Part shown: piece by piece, positions 37,949 to 47,789 of the stretch | Layout: each line of letters begins with the position of its first letter | How positions within the stretch are numbered: position 1 is the stretch's first letter | Assembly: GCA_018816555.1 (NCBI GenBank) | Contig: JAHIVT010000091.1 | Location: 70,484-134,483, forward strand | From: Pseudomonadota bacterium | GTDB taxonomy: Bacteria; Desulfobacterota; Desulfobulbia; Desulfobulbales; SURF-16 | Direction of reading: 5' to 3' | DNA: 64,000 nucleotides | Program-made: the position numbers and the translations under genes | The notes under the pieces: model-generated | What the model saw: the letters and a program-made list of their open reading frames with translations, nothing else | Told to the model about the DNA's origin: nothing | The model's database searches: none

Positions 37949-39094
37949 TCATGTCAGCCTGTTTCCGCAGTGGTTACAGAATGTGGCCTGGGGCAGATTT
38001 TCCGTCCGGCATCCGGGACATATCAATGCTGTCGGCTTCTCGCCGGCCGGGTGACCGCAACGGGAGCAGAATAGGGCATTGGGCGCAAGATTTTTGCCGC
38101 AGTTGGCACACTGGGCCATGATGACCTGCTGATGCCCGCAATAAGGGCAAAAACGCGCATCAGCGGGAATGCTGTTTTGACAGTCGGGACAGAGCACCTC
38201 AGGTGATGGAGACACGGCACCGGCAACCGGGGCGTTGGGCGGAAAGTTCTGCTGACGAAATCCTGCAAACATGGCGGGCATCATCATTCCCATGCCGAGG
38301 CCAAGGCCGGCACCGGCTTCGCCACCGGACTCCGCGGCCTTTTCCATGGCCATGGCCGCCTTCATGGTGACAAATTTATCCATGTCCTGGATCACCGACA
38401 ACCGGCTTCTATCATCAATTGCCGCCTGCACATCATCCGGCGGGGTGATGGAGGTGATAAAAAGGGCGTCAAGCTCAAGGCCGAAGCGGGAAAAATCCTG
38501 TTTCAGCCTTTTTTTCAAGCCATCGGCCAGTTCATCAAAACGTCCGGGCAGGTTGAGCAGGGTATCAAGCTCTTCACCAAGAAAATCGTTAAACCTCGAA
38601 ACGATAACCCGCTTGAGATATTCCTCAATTTCCTCAGTGGTAAATTTTCCCATGGTACCGGCCATGGTGTTGATAAAGAGAACAGGCTGAATAATGCGGA
38701 TATTAAAGACCCCATGGGCCCGCAGTCGCACCAGCCCCAGCTCATTATCCCGAAAGGCCACCGGGTTTGTGGTTCCCCATTTGAGATTTGGAAAGACCTT
38801 GAGATTGGCAAAATAAACCTCGGCGCGCAGAGGGCTGGTCATCCCCCAGGGTAAGGCCAGTATTTTGGTCAGCAGAGGTATATTGCCGGTGGTAAGGGTG
38901 TGACGCCCCGGCCCGAATGGATCACAGGCCTTGCCCTTGTAGAAAAGGACCGCGGCCTGACTTTCACGCACTATGAGCTGCGCCCCGTATTTGATTTCGC
39001 CTGATCCGGATTCAGGTATACGGCAAAGCATCTGCTGGCCCGTTGCATCAAGCCATTCGATAACCTCGAGAAAAAAAGTATTGTTTGTTCCCAT
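37949..39094 (-). CDS. SPFH/band-7 domain protein with C-terminal triple Zn-ribbon (COG4260, YdjI-like)
   Basis: N-terminus FLEVIEW...GAQLIVRESQAAVLFYKGK is typical of YdjI/virion-core-like SPFH proteins. The C-terminus has CPDC..CPYC, CANC..CSRC and CPGC..CNHC. ATG 39094 is preceded by GGAGGA. Confidence 0.85.
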   Translation of the reverse strand: MGTNNTFFLEVIEWLDATGQQMLCRIPESGSGEIKYGAQLIVRESQAAVLFYKGKACDPFGPGRHTLTTGNIPLLTKILALPWGMTSPLRAEVYFANLKVFPNLKWGTTNPVAFRDNELGLVRLRAHGVFNIRIIQPVLFINTMAGTMGKFTTEEIEEYLKRVIVSRFNDFLGEELDTLLNLPGRFDELADGLKKRLKQDFSRFGLELDALFITSITPPDDVQAAIDDRSRLSVIQDMDKFVTMKAAMAMEKAAESGGEAGAGLGLGMGMMMPAMFAGFRQQNFPPNAPVAGAVSPSPEVLCPDCQNSIPADARFCPYCGHQQVIMAQCANCGKNLAPNALFCSRCGHPAGEKPTALICPGCRTENLPQATFCNHCGNRLT

Positions 39095-39168
39095 GTGTCC
39101 TCCCTTTTTTAATGTACCTAAAAAGGGTACAACGGGACGGCAGAGCAAAACAAACTTTTTTTACTTCT

Positions 39169-39345
39169 GAGCCTCTTGCAAAATGAACATCTACTCTGAT
39201 CGGCTAAAAATATCCTGTGCGGCGTCTTCCTGGTGAAATCGTCCTCAACGTAGCACTGCTATGCTTCCGGGCGGTTTCACAACTCATCCTTGCACAGAAA
39301 ATTTTTCTCTCGATCTCGCTACGACGTTCATTTTGCAAGAGGCTC
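39169..39345. repeat. 177-bp MITE-like element with perfect 20-bp terminal inverted repeats and TTCT flanking direct repeat
   Basis: GAGCCTCTTGCAAAATGAAC (39169-39188) is the exact reverse complement of 39326-39345. TTCT lies at 39165-68 and 39346-49. Interior sub-stems CTGTGC/GCACAG and GTGAAA/TTTCAC suggest a rod-like hairpin. Confidence 0.6.
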
Positions 39346-39406
39346 TTCTTTTACCGGTAATCCTTTCTTGCAGCGCTTCCCGCTTCGCTTCTCACCTGAT
39401 GACTCG

Positions 39407-40840
39407 TTACATAAGCCGGCTGTTGATGAACAGATGCATCCAGATGCTGGCGGCATAGCCCAGAGCGATGACCGGGGTCCACTTCAGGTGGGCCGCGAAG
39501 GTGTATGTGCCCCGGGCGGCGCCCATGAGGGCCACGCCGGCGGCCGAACCGATGGAGAGCAGGCTGCCGCCGACCCCGGCGGTCAGGGTGACCAGCAGCC
39601 ACTGGCCGTGGGACATGGCCGGGTCCATGGTGAGCACGGCAAACATCACCGGAATATTATCGAGCACGGCGGACAATATCCCCACCCACACATTGGCGGT
39701 GGTGGCGCCGAGATCCAGATACAGATAATTGGACAGCAGGGCCATATAACCGAACTGCGACAGTCCCCCCACACAGAGAATCACGCCGTAGAAAAAAAGC
39801 AGGGTATCCCATTCCGCCCTGGCCACCTTGGTGAACAGATCAAAATACACGGGTTTTCTGTGGTCGGTCTGCAGCCCCAGAGGATTGTCATCCACGTCGT
39901 AGAGGCGTTGCTCCTTTTTCTTCAAATAATAGGAAAAAAAGCCCAAATAGGCCAATCCAAGCATCATACCGGCGGCCGGAGGCAGGTGGAGAAAGTTGTG
40001 AAAACAGACGGCCGTGGCAATGGTGAGCAGAAAGAGCAGCATGATTCTTTTGGCGCCGAGCTTCATGCGGAAGTTGATTTCCATCTTCTGGGGAGGTTCC
40101 TTGCCCAGGGCAAAATTCATGGCTAGGGCCGGAATCAGCCAGTTGACCACCGAGGGGAGGAAGATGGGGAAAAATTCAATGAATTCCACCTTTCCTTTCT
40201 GCCAGACCATGAGGGTAGTGATATCGCCAAAGGGCGAAAAAGCGCCGCCGGCATTGGCTGCCACCACGATGTTGATGCAGGCCAGCACGATGAACTTCTT
40301 GTTGCTGCCGCCCACCGCCATGGCCACTGCTCCCATGAGCAGGGCGGTGGTCAGGTTGTCGGCCACCGGTGAAATGAAAAAGGCCAGCAGTCCGGTCACC
40401 CAGAAGATGATCCGCAGGGAAAAACCGCGGTTGATCAGCCAGGTGCGCAGGGCCTGGAAAACGTGGCGTTCATCCATGGAGTTGATGTAGGTCATGGCAG
40501 CCAGGAGAAAGAGAAAAAGCTCGGCATATTCGAGCAGGTTATGCCGGATGGCCTCTCCGGCATGGGTTTTATCGCCAAGACCGGCAAAGGTGACGGCAAC
40601 CAGCACCCAGATGATGCCGGCGGCCAGGAGAACGGGTTTGCTCTTGCGTAAATGGAGTTGCTCTTCAAAGATGACCAGGATATAGGCCCCGACGAAAAGA
40701 AATATGGAGAAATAACCCATGCCGCTTGCAGCAAGGGTGGTGATGTCAATGGCGGCGCTGCCGCCGGTTGCGCCGCTGCTGGCCAAGGCCGGCAGGGCGG
40801 TCAGGATGAACAGCGCAGTGGTGAGATGAAAAATCTTCAT
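39407..40840 (-). CDS. nhaD: NhaD-family Na+/H+ antiporter (ArsB/NhaD permease superfamily)
   Basis: 477 aa, polytopic, with a signal-like N-terminus and conserved LRKSKPVLLAAGIIW, FFISPVADNLTTALLM and GGAFSPFGDITT segments. Confidence 0.8.
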   Translation of the reverse strand: MKIFHLTTALFILTALPALASSGATGGSAAIDITTLAASGMGYFSIFLFVGAYILVIFEEQLHLRKSKPVLLAAGIIWVLVAVTFAGLGDKTHAGEAIRHNLLEYAELFLFLLAAMTYINSMDERHVFQALRTWLINRGFSLRIIFWVTGLLAFFISPVADNLTTALLMGAVAMAVGGSNKKFIVLACINIVVAANAGGAFSPFGDITTLMVWQKGKVEFIEFFPIFLPSVVNWLIPALAMNFALGKEPPQKMEINFRMKLGAKRIMLLFLLTIATAVCFHNFLHLPPAAGMMLGLAYLGFFSYYLKKKEQRLYDVDDNPLGLQTDHRKPVYFDLFTKVARAEWDTLLFFYGVILCVGGLSQFGYMALLSNYLYLDLGATTANVWVGILSAVLDNIPVMFAVLTMDPAMSHGQWLLVTLTAGVGGSLLSIGSAAGVALMGAARGTYTFAAHLKWTPVIALGYAASIWMHLFINSRLM

Positions 40841-41094
40841 TACTCCTTCCTTGGTGTGGGGTTAACGATGGGTGCCTGCAAAAAAAGGTAATGATTGATT
40901 ACAGCGACTGAACAATATGGAACAGCATGTATGAAACAGTATACACAGATTGAAACGGTTAATAAATCATTATCTTTTCGGTACATTTTATCGTATTATT
41001 CCTTAACAAAGGGCTGCAACCCTTGCCTGACGGGTTACAGAGTGACTGTTTTCCGTTTTAATTTTGCTATTTACGCGAGCAAGTTTGCCAAGCC

Positions 41095-42141
41095 ATGAAA
41101 CAGAAAACTGTGCAGAAAGCACCAGCCAATTATGTGGGCAGGATTCTTTTCGGCAATTTCAGTGACGCCATCAAGGAAAGGGTCCAGTCGATTATTGTCG
41201 CCTCAGAGAATATGGAACAGTGCGGCTACCCGCTCATGCCCTATCTGGCCGCCTGGAATGAGGGCGAAAACATTATCTGGTATGAATACACGGGCAAGCG
41301 GTTTATAGAACTGCTTGGTTGTACCAGTATCAATGTTTCCAGGGTATTCCGCGAAGCCATCCTCGACCGACGCGTTTATCGCTACACGGACCCGGCAGGC
41401 TATGATGTGGAAGAAGAAATTCTCACCCGGCAGCAGCTGTCAGGCAAGAGGATCGACCTGCGGGAAGAGGTCAAGAAAACAGGGCAGGTGGAGGCGGTGT
41501 ACCAGGTCGGCCTGCCCGGCGGCAGGGTCATCTGGCTCAAGGATCAGGGACGCATTGAGACATTTCCCCAGGATAAAATCTCTCTTTCCCTGGGCTGCCT
41601 CACCGATGTCACCAAGGAGATGGAACAGAAGGATCTGCTGGAAAAGATCGGCTATTTTGATGAACTGACCGGCCTGCCCCAGCGAAAGATCATGGAGCGG
41701 ATTCTGGAGGTAAAAATCGGCGAGCGGGAACGCGGCCATATCAAGGATTTTTCCTTTCTCATGATCGATATCGATTTTTTTAAATCGGTCAACGATATCC
41801 ATGGCCATCTGGCCGGTGATTTCATCCTGGAGGAATTGGCCTCGGTTATGCTCGCCACCAAACGCAAAGAGGATGACGTGGGCAGGTATGGCGGTGAGGA
41901 ATTTTACGGCATCTGCCAGGGTGCGGTGAAAAGCGGGAAGGATTTTGCCGAGCGCTTGCGGTTAAAGATCGCCGACCATCACTTTAACTATCAGGGTGAA
42001 AAAATTTCCATCACCATCTCCATCGGCGTGGCAGCGGCCGGCGAATTGGCCTCCCTGAATATGACGGACCTGCTGGAGCTTGCTGATAAGCGTTTATACA
42101 AGGCCAAGCAGCAGGGCAGAAACAGGGTGGTGGGAGAGTGA
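41095..42141 (+). CDS. diguanylate cyclase (GGDEF) with uncharacterised N-terminal sensor domain
   Basis: C-terminal GGDEF domain with GGEEF and an upstream RxxD-like region. Confidence 0.85.
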   Translation: MKQKTVQKAPANYVGRILFGNFSDAIKERVQSIIVASENMEQCGYPLMPYLAAWNEGENIIWYEYTGKRFIELLGCTSINVSRVFREAILDRRVYRYTDPAGYDVEEEILTRQQLSGKRIDLREEVKKTGQVEAVYQVGLPGGRVIWLKDQGRIETFPQDKISLSLGCLTDVTKEMEQKDLLEKIGYFDELTGLPQRKIMERILEVKIGERERGHIKDFSFLMIDIDFFKSVNDIHGHLAGDFILEELASVMLATKRKEDDVGRYGGEEFYGICQGAVKSGKDFAERLRLKIADHHFNYQGEKISITISIGVAAAGELASLNMTDLLELADKRLYKAKQQGRNRVVGE

Positions 42142-42175
42142 TGGACTGGATCTGTCTCTGGGTAACCTCGTCTTT

Positions 42176-42220
42176 GAATCAATCCGCAATCCGCGATCCC
42201 AAATCCGCAATCCAAGTCAG
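42176..42220. repeat. short tandem array of 7-bp units (AATCCGC-type) between convergent genes
   Basis: AATCCGC AATCCGC GATCCCA AATCCGC AATCCAA (42181-42215) plus partial units at both ends. It abuts the stop codon (42217-42219) of the 700-aa gene. Confidence 0.6.
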
Positions 42221-44319
42221 CTCTCGTCCTTCATCTGCCAGACCGTCCAGATTATTGCCAGGAAAGGGGCCAGGAAGAAAGCCGAAATCAGCCAGCTTTT
42301 TTTCTGCAGGAGTGGATCGCTGAGAATGTTGTGCAGTGACACATAGGAGGTGTTGCTCAGCAGGAAGGGCAATACCATGAAAATAACAAAACCGGCGGCA
42401 AGCACCGAAAGTTCGGCAAGTATCACCTTTTTGACAAAGATCTTCACGCCGTTTAGCAGCAGTCTGATCCAGATCATTTTGCCCTGCATTTCCTGCATGG
42501 AGGAGAGTGATATTTCCACCTGATCAAGCAGATTGACGGCTGCCCGGTACTCCTGGCCCTGCTGTCTGGCAATCAGACCCCGGGTCTCATTAAGTGAGTT
42601 GACTGTCGAGAGAAGCGACTGCTGGAAGGCGTTAAAGAAGTTCTTGTATTCATAATGCTGCCAGAAGTCCTGGTATTGTTTCAGTTTGCTTTCGAGTTCC
42701 TTTTTTCTGGCCTCAAGTTCTTCGATTTTGGTTTTTCGTATCCGCTGACAGCCGTAGGCGTGCCCTTTTGCCCGTTCCAGAACGTCAAGCAGATCATAAT
42801 AGGTCTCCTTCTGGTACTGTTTGCGTAGCTCGTTCAGCGCCCGGCTGTTTTCCTCAAGAAAGGGTTCCTGTTCATCAAACCAGTATCTGAGTTCAACAGA
42901 TTCCGCTTCTGCCATGGCCATGTTTTTTGCCGCTTCCTGGCGCTGATACTGCATCTGTTCAATGGCGAGATCATTGACCAGTCCCTGCACCGGCAGCAGC
43001 AGGGGGTCCATGAGGGCGGTCATGAAAATTTCTTTCTGTCCCAGCATGAGGACGCGCAACCGTTTGAGGTCCCCTTCATCAAAACCGTAGTGGACATTGT
43101 GCTGTATTTTGCGGTACTGACACTCCAGGGTATCTGCATTGATTTTGATGGCCTGGTTGACGGCCTCTTTCGCCTTCCAGAAATCATTATGTAGTTCGTA
43201 GTAGCGGGAAAGGAGCAAATGGCTGTAGATGCGCTCTTTTTCCTGGGAGGCGATGTTTTTCGCCCTTTCCAGATAATGGCCCATATCCTTGGCCCGCCCC
43301 AGTTCCAAGGCCCAGAAGGCCAGACCCACGGTGGCATAGAACTGTTTCCCTTCCCTTTTTTTGCTTTCCCGGGTGAGCAGTTCCTCAGCCTGGGCGAACT
43401 GGCCGACCCGCAGACAATCAAGACCTAAATGGAGATTGCGGCTGTCAATGTTGATTTTGTCCGTACTGTCCTGTCCCTCCCACTTGGTGTTGAGACAGAA
43501 GGCGGTGTTGGCCAGAAAGCGGAGCTGATACATACGGTTGAGGTCAAGATAGGCGACAAAAATCAGCAGTTCCTTATCCTGCCTGAGCTGGGCCGGTTTG
43601 ATACCCGCTGCGCACTTGTTGCTGCAGGCGGAATAATCAGGGAATATTTTTTTGTAGAGGGAGTTCAGTTCTTCAAATGGCAGGTAGCCGATATGCTCCA
43701 TGCCCCGGATTTTCATATTGATGAACTTGCTGGGACAATTTGCCGGAGTATGGCTGGTCATGCCGCAGTAAAAGCATTCCTTGAGTTTGCCATGCACGGG
43801 CAGACTGCGGTAGGAGATAAGTTCCACCTTGCGCAGCGTGGCCGTGCCGGAAATAACCATCTGGAAAAAGCCGCTGCCTTCATCTTCAAATCTGTGTTCC
43901 GGAAGCTCACGACCGGCTGTCAGCTCCTTCCAGTTTCGCATCAGGGAACGGGTTAGATAGATGGTCTCCTGCTGCAGCATATCCCACTCGCTGGCGGATG
44001 TTTGCTGTATCTGGGGCAGGGCGTCTTCTTTTTCAAGGAGGTGGATAACCGTCTGCACCGGCAGTGCGCCTTGGCTTTCCTGCCAGCCGTGCTCCACCTT
44101 GACCGACTCCAGACCCTCAAGCAGGGAGATGAGGGCCAGGAAAGGATTGGGAAAGGTGAAGAGCAGCAGTTCGTCACTGCTCTCCGGCTGTTCAAATCCT
44201 GATTTGGCCAGTATCTGCCGGACGGCGTCGATAAGGGGAAGCCACCTGCTGCCCAGAATTTTCCCGCCCTGATAGCTCAGGGTGCGGATGGCCAAGAGGA
44301 TGGTGTTGTTTTTTTTCAT
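42217..44319 (-). CDS. 700-aa multidomain protein: N-terminal alpha/beta domain, CCHC zinc knuckle, TPR-like and coiled-coil regions, C-terminal TM helices
   Basis: Exact CX2CX4HX4C knuckle CFYCGMTSHTPANC (codons 182-195, nt 43735-43776). TPR-like helices occupy ~aa 300-400, a long coiled coil ~aa 430-600, and two or three hydrophobic helices the C-terminus. Confidence 0.7.
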   Translation of the reverse strand: MKKNNTILLAIRTLSYQGGKILGSRWLPLIDAVRQILAKSGFEQPESSDELLLFTFPNPFLALISLLEGLESVKVEHGWQESQGALPVQTVIHLLEKEDALPQIQQTSASEWDMLQQETIYLTRSLMRNWKELTAGRELPEHRFEDEGSGFFQMVISGTATLRKVELISYRSLPVHGKLKECFYCGMTSHTPANCPSKFINMKIRGMEHIGYLPFEELNSLYKKIFPDYSACSNKCAAGIKPAQLRQDKELLIFVAYLDLNRMYQLRFLANTAFCLNTKWEGQDSTDKINIDSRNLHLGLDCLRVGQFAQAEELLTRESKKREGKQFYATVGLAFWALELGRAKDMGHYLERAKNIASQEKERIYSHLLLSRYYELHNDFWKAKEAVNQAIKINADTLECQYRKIQHNVHYGFDEGDLKRLRVLMLGQKEIFMTALMDPLLLPVQGLVNDLAIEQMQYQRQEAAKNMAMAEAESVELRYWFDEQEPFLEENSRALNELRKQYQKETYYDLLDVLERAKGHAYGCQRIRKTKIEELEARKKELESKLKQYQDFWQHYEYKNFFNAFQQSLLSTVNSLNETRGLIARQQGQEYRAAVNLLDQVEISLSSMQEMQGKMIWIRLLLNGVKIFVKKVILAELSVLAAGFVIFMVLPFLLSNTSYVSLHNILSDPLLQKKSWLISAFFLAPFLAIIWTVWQMKDES

Positions 44320-44331
44320 ACGGCGGCAGGC

Positions 44332-45510
44332 TTACAGGCACTTATCAAGAATTTTTTTTGCTTCACGGTTTTCCGGATAAAGGCGGTGGGCGATGGAGGC
44401 CCATTTGTCGGCCCGGACAAGCATGTCCATGGAAAGAAAGGCCTGGGCCAGGCTGAGCAGCAGATCAAGATCCTCGCCATACTTGCTTGCCGCTTTTTCA
44501 AGATGCAGAATCGCCTCATTATATGTCCCGTTCTTTTGCAGGGCAATGCCCAGCATCTTATTGATATGCAGATTGTCGGAGTGATCCTTGAGAATGGTTC
44601 GGTAACATTTGATGGCCAGCACGAAGAGCCCCTGATCCATTGCTAGTTCGGCAATTTCTTCCTGGATATCGGCGTCACCTTCATTGTTTTTCAGAATGAG
44701 CCGCAAAACCTTCTCCACTTCCGTGCTGTTGTCTTTTTTGGCCAGCAGGCGGGCAAATTTAATGGCCCGATCGGAATGGCGGGGGCTTATTTCCATGGCC
44801 TGGGCAAAATAACCGGTGGCTTTATCCATTTGCCCCTGGCGGTAGAAGATCTGGCCCAGATAATGATAGGATGTCACATCCAGCCGGTTGATTTCAATAG
44901 CTTTCTGAAAACATTTCAGCGACTTGGGCATGTCATTGACCTTGAGCATCAGGCGGCCCAGTTCCCTGAAGGGGCGTGAGGACCTGGGGTTGGCGGCTGA
45001 GGCCTTTTTCGCCTCTTCAATAGCGCCGGGAATATCCCCTTGTTCCTCCAGGTCGCGGGCCTGCAGCAGGTGCAGGGTCAGCGGATCGGGATTATGGGCT
45101 TTGGCCAGCAGTTCATCTATTTTGTGCTCCAGCGAGGCGGTGACAAACGGTTTGGTCAGATAGGCATCCACATCGTGTTCGGCTGCCTCGGCCACGACTT
45201 CCTTGTTGGCCTCCGCCGTGATCATCAGAAAGGGGATATCACGTAATTTTTTATGGGAGCGGATGCGGCTCAGCAGCTCTGTGCCCTTCATGAAGGGCAT
45301 GGCATAATCGGCGATGATAAAGTCGATTTTTTTTGCCTCGTTGGATGTGAGAAATTTCCAGGCTTCCCTGCCGTTGGGCGCTTCAAAGAGCTCCTTGCCG
45401 TAGTTGATGAGTTTCAGCATGGCGCGGACCGAGCGGCGCATATTGTCCTGATCATCGACGATGAGAAAATTCATGAGGCGCGGGGAGAGTTTTTCGTTTT
45501 CAGCAGACAT
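44332..45510 (-). CDS. response regulator receiver + TPR repeat protein
   Basis: REC domain (FLIVDDQDNMR...DFIIADYAMPFMKG...KP) followed by about 6 TPR repeats. Confidence 0.85.
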   Translation of the reverse strand: MSAENEKLSPRLMNFLIVDDQDNMRRSVRAMLKLINYGKELFEAPNGREAWKFLTSNEAKKIDFIIADYAMPFMKGTELLSRIRSHKKLRDIPFLMITAEANKEVVAEAAEHDVDAYLTKPFVTASLEHKIDELLAKAHNPDPLTLHLLQARDLEEQGDIPGAIEEAKKASAANPRSSRPFRELGRLMLKVNDMPKSLKCFQKAIEINRLDVTSYHYLGQIFYRQGQMDKATGYFAQAMEISPRHSDRAIKFARLLAKKDNSTEVEKVLRLILKNNEGDADIQEEIAELAMDQGLFVLAIKCYRTILKDHSDNLHINKMLGIALQKNGTYNEAILHLEKAASKYGEDLDLLLSLAQAFLSMDMLVRADKWASIAHRLYPENREAKKILDKCL

Positions 45511-45521
45511 GGCAAGACCCC

Positions 45522-46781
45522 TTATTTGATGGGAAGTTTGAAGAAAAAACGGCTGCCTTTCCCTTCAGCGCTTTGCACCCCGATCCTGCCGTTGTGCAGT
45601 TCCACCGCCAGTTTACAGAAGTGCAGGCCCAGACCGGTGCCGACCAGGGCATTCTGTTTACTGGAAATTCTGGCATATTTGTCAAAAATATATTCCTGTT
45701 GGGCCGGCGGAATTCCCGGCCCCTGGTCCTGCACAAAAAACTCGATATGGTTCTTGCCAACCATATTGAAGCCCACGGTAATTGCAGAGTCCGGATACGT
45801 ATAGCTCAGACTGTTGGTCAGCAGGTTCTGCAGCACCCGCAGCATAAGGGTTCGGTCAACCGTGATCTTGGGACAGTCCGGGGCGGTCTCCTGCCGCAGC
45901 AAGTCAATGCCCTTGATGCGGGCCAGCCCTTTGATGCTGGAGATCGCCTCGCCAACCAGGCTGAGGCAATCGGTTTCTTCATAGAGAAGCTGCTGTTTGC
46001 CGTCGGCAATCATGTCCGTGGTAACCAGGTTGGCAACCATGCGCACGGCGCGGTCGCAGCCCAGCTGGGCGGCTTCCAGAAATTCTTTCTGTTCTCCGCT
46101 GATGCTGTAGGAGAGGATGTCGAGATTGGCCACCACTTCGGAAAGCGGGGTTTTCAGGTCGTGCATCAGCATGCGGTTGAGGTAGGAGCGCATCTCTTCC
46201 TGATGCCGCAGCTCGCTGTTGCGTTTTTTGAGGGTATTGCGCTGGGCGCTGATTTTCTTGTGCAGGGTTTCCTGGATAAAGGTCCAGAGGATAAAGCTGC
46301 TGAAATAGAGCAGATAGCTGATGTCGTCTTTTAATAGATCCTTGCCCCCGCTTTTGTCGCTCGCATTGATTACGCCGATTACCTGGTCCTTATGGATGAC
46401 AGGGGCGGAGAGCAGGGAGTCCTTTTTGTAGATTCCTTCCCTTTTAGCAAATCTTTTGTCCTGGGAAATGTCCGTGATGAAAAGTGGTTTGGCATGTCTG
46501 ACAACCCAGGCGGCCACCGAATCATCGGTGAGTGTCTGTTTGTGGCCGATAATTTCCGGGCGGCTGGCTGCCCGGACCACCAGCTTGTTTTTTTCAAGCA
46601 CCATCAGTGATCCCTGCTCCACGCCAAGATAATCAAGCACCACCTGCAGCACCCTGTCCATCATGCTGCTGTGGGTCAGTTTCCTGGCATTCATCACATC
46701 GGTGATCTGAAACAGGCTTTTCAGCAGTCGATTGCACTGTTGAGGATCAGGCTTGACTTCGTTCCATTGTTTTTTTTCCAT
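45522..46781 (-). CDS. GAF-domain sensor histidine kinase
   Basis: GAF region, then an H-box (MLMHDLKTPLS) and N/G1/G2 boxes (NLLTNSLSY, DQGPGIP, GTGLGL). ATG 46781 was chosen; the ORF track starts at 46823. Confidence 0.85.
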   Translation of the reverse strand: MEKKQWNEVKPDPQQCNRLLKSLFQITDVMNARKLTHSSMMDRVLQVVLDYLGVEQGSLMVLEKNKLVVRAASRPEIIGHKQTLTDDSVAAWVVRHAKPLFITDISQDKRFAKREGIYKKDSLLSAPVIHKDQVIGVINASDKSGGKDLLKDDISYLLYFSSFILWTFIQETLHKKISAQRNTLKKRNSELRHQEEMRSYLNRMLMHDLKTPLSEVVANLDILSYSISGEQKEFLEAAQLGCDRAVRMVANLVTTDMIADGKQQLLYEETDCLSLVGEAISSIKGLARIKGIDLLRQETAPDCPKITVDRTLMLRVLQNLLTNSLSYTYPDSAITVGFNMVGKNHIEFFVQDQGPGIPPAQQEYIFDKYARISSKQNALVGTGLGLHFCKLAVELHNGRIGVQSAEGKGSRFFFKLPIK

Positions 46782-46958
46782 AGTTAATCCCGAATGAACA
46801 TCTGGATAATCTTTGCAGGGCAAGAAAAAACGCCTGTTTTTTTCAGAGCCCTTGCGGGTATGATTTCGCTGTTTCAGGCCTGCTCGACATCCGGCTCAAT
46901 ATCAGGAGCGGGTCCGGCTCTTATCCGTTGCTGGGGCAGTGGTGTTCAGGAAGAGGGA

Positions 46959-47750
<792 letters not shown>

Positions 47751-47789
47751 ATATTTCTCATTTAATGAAGATTATAACCCTCGATCCCA

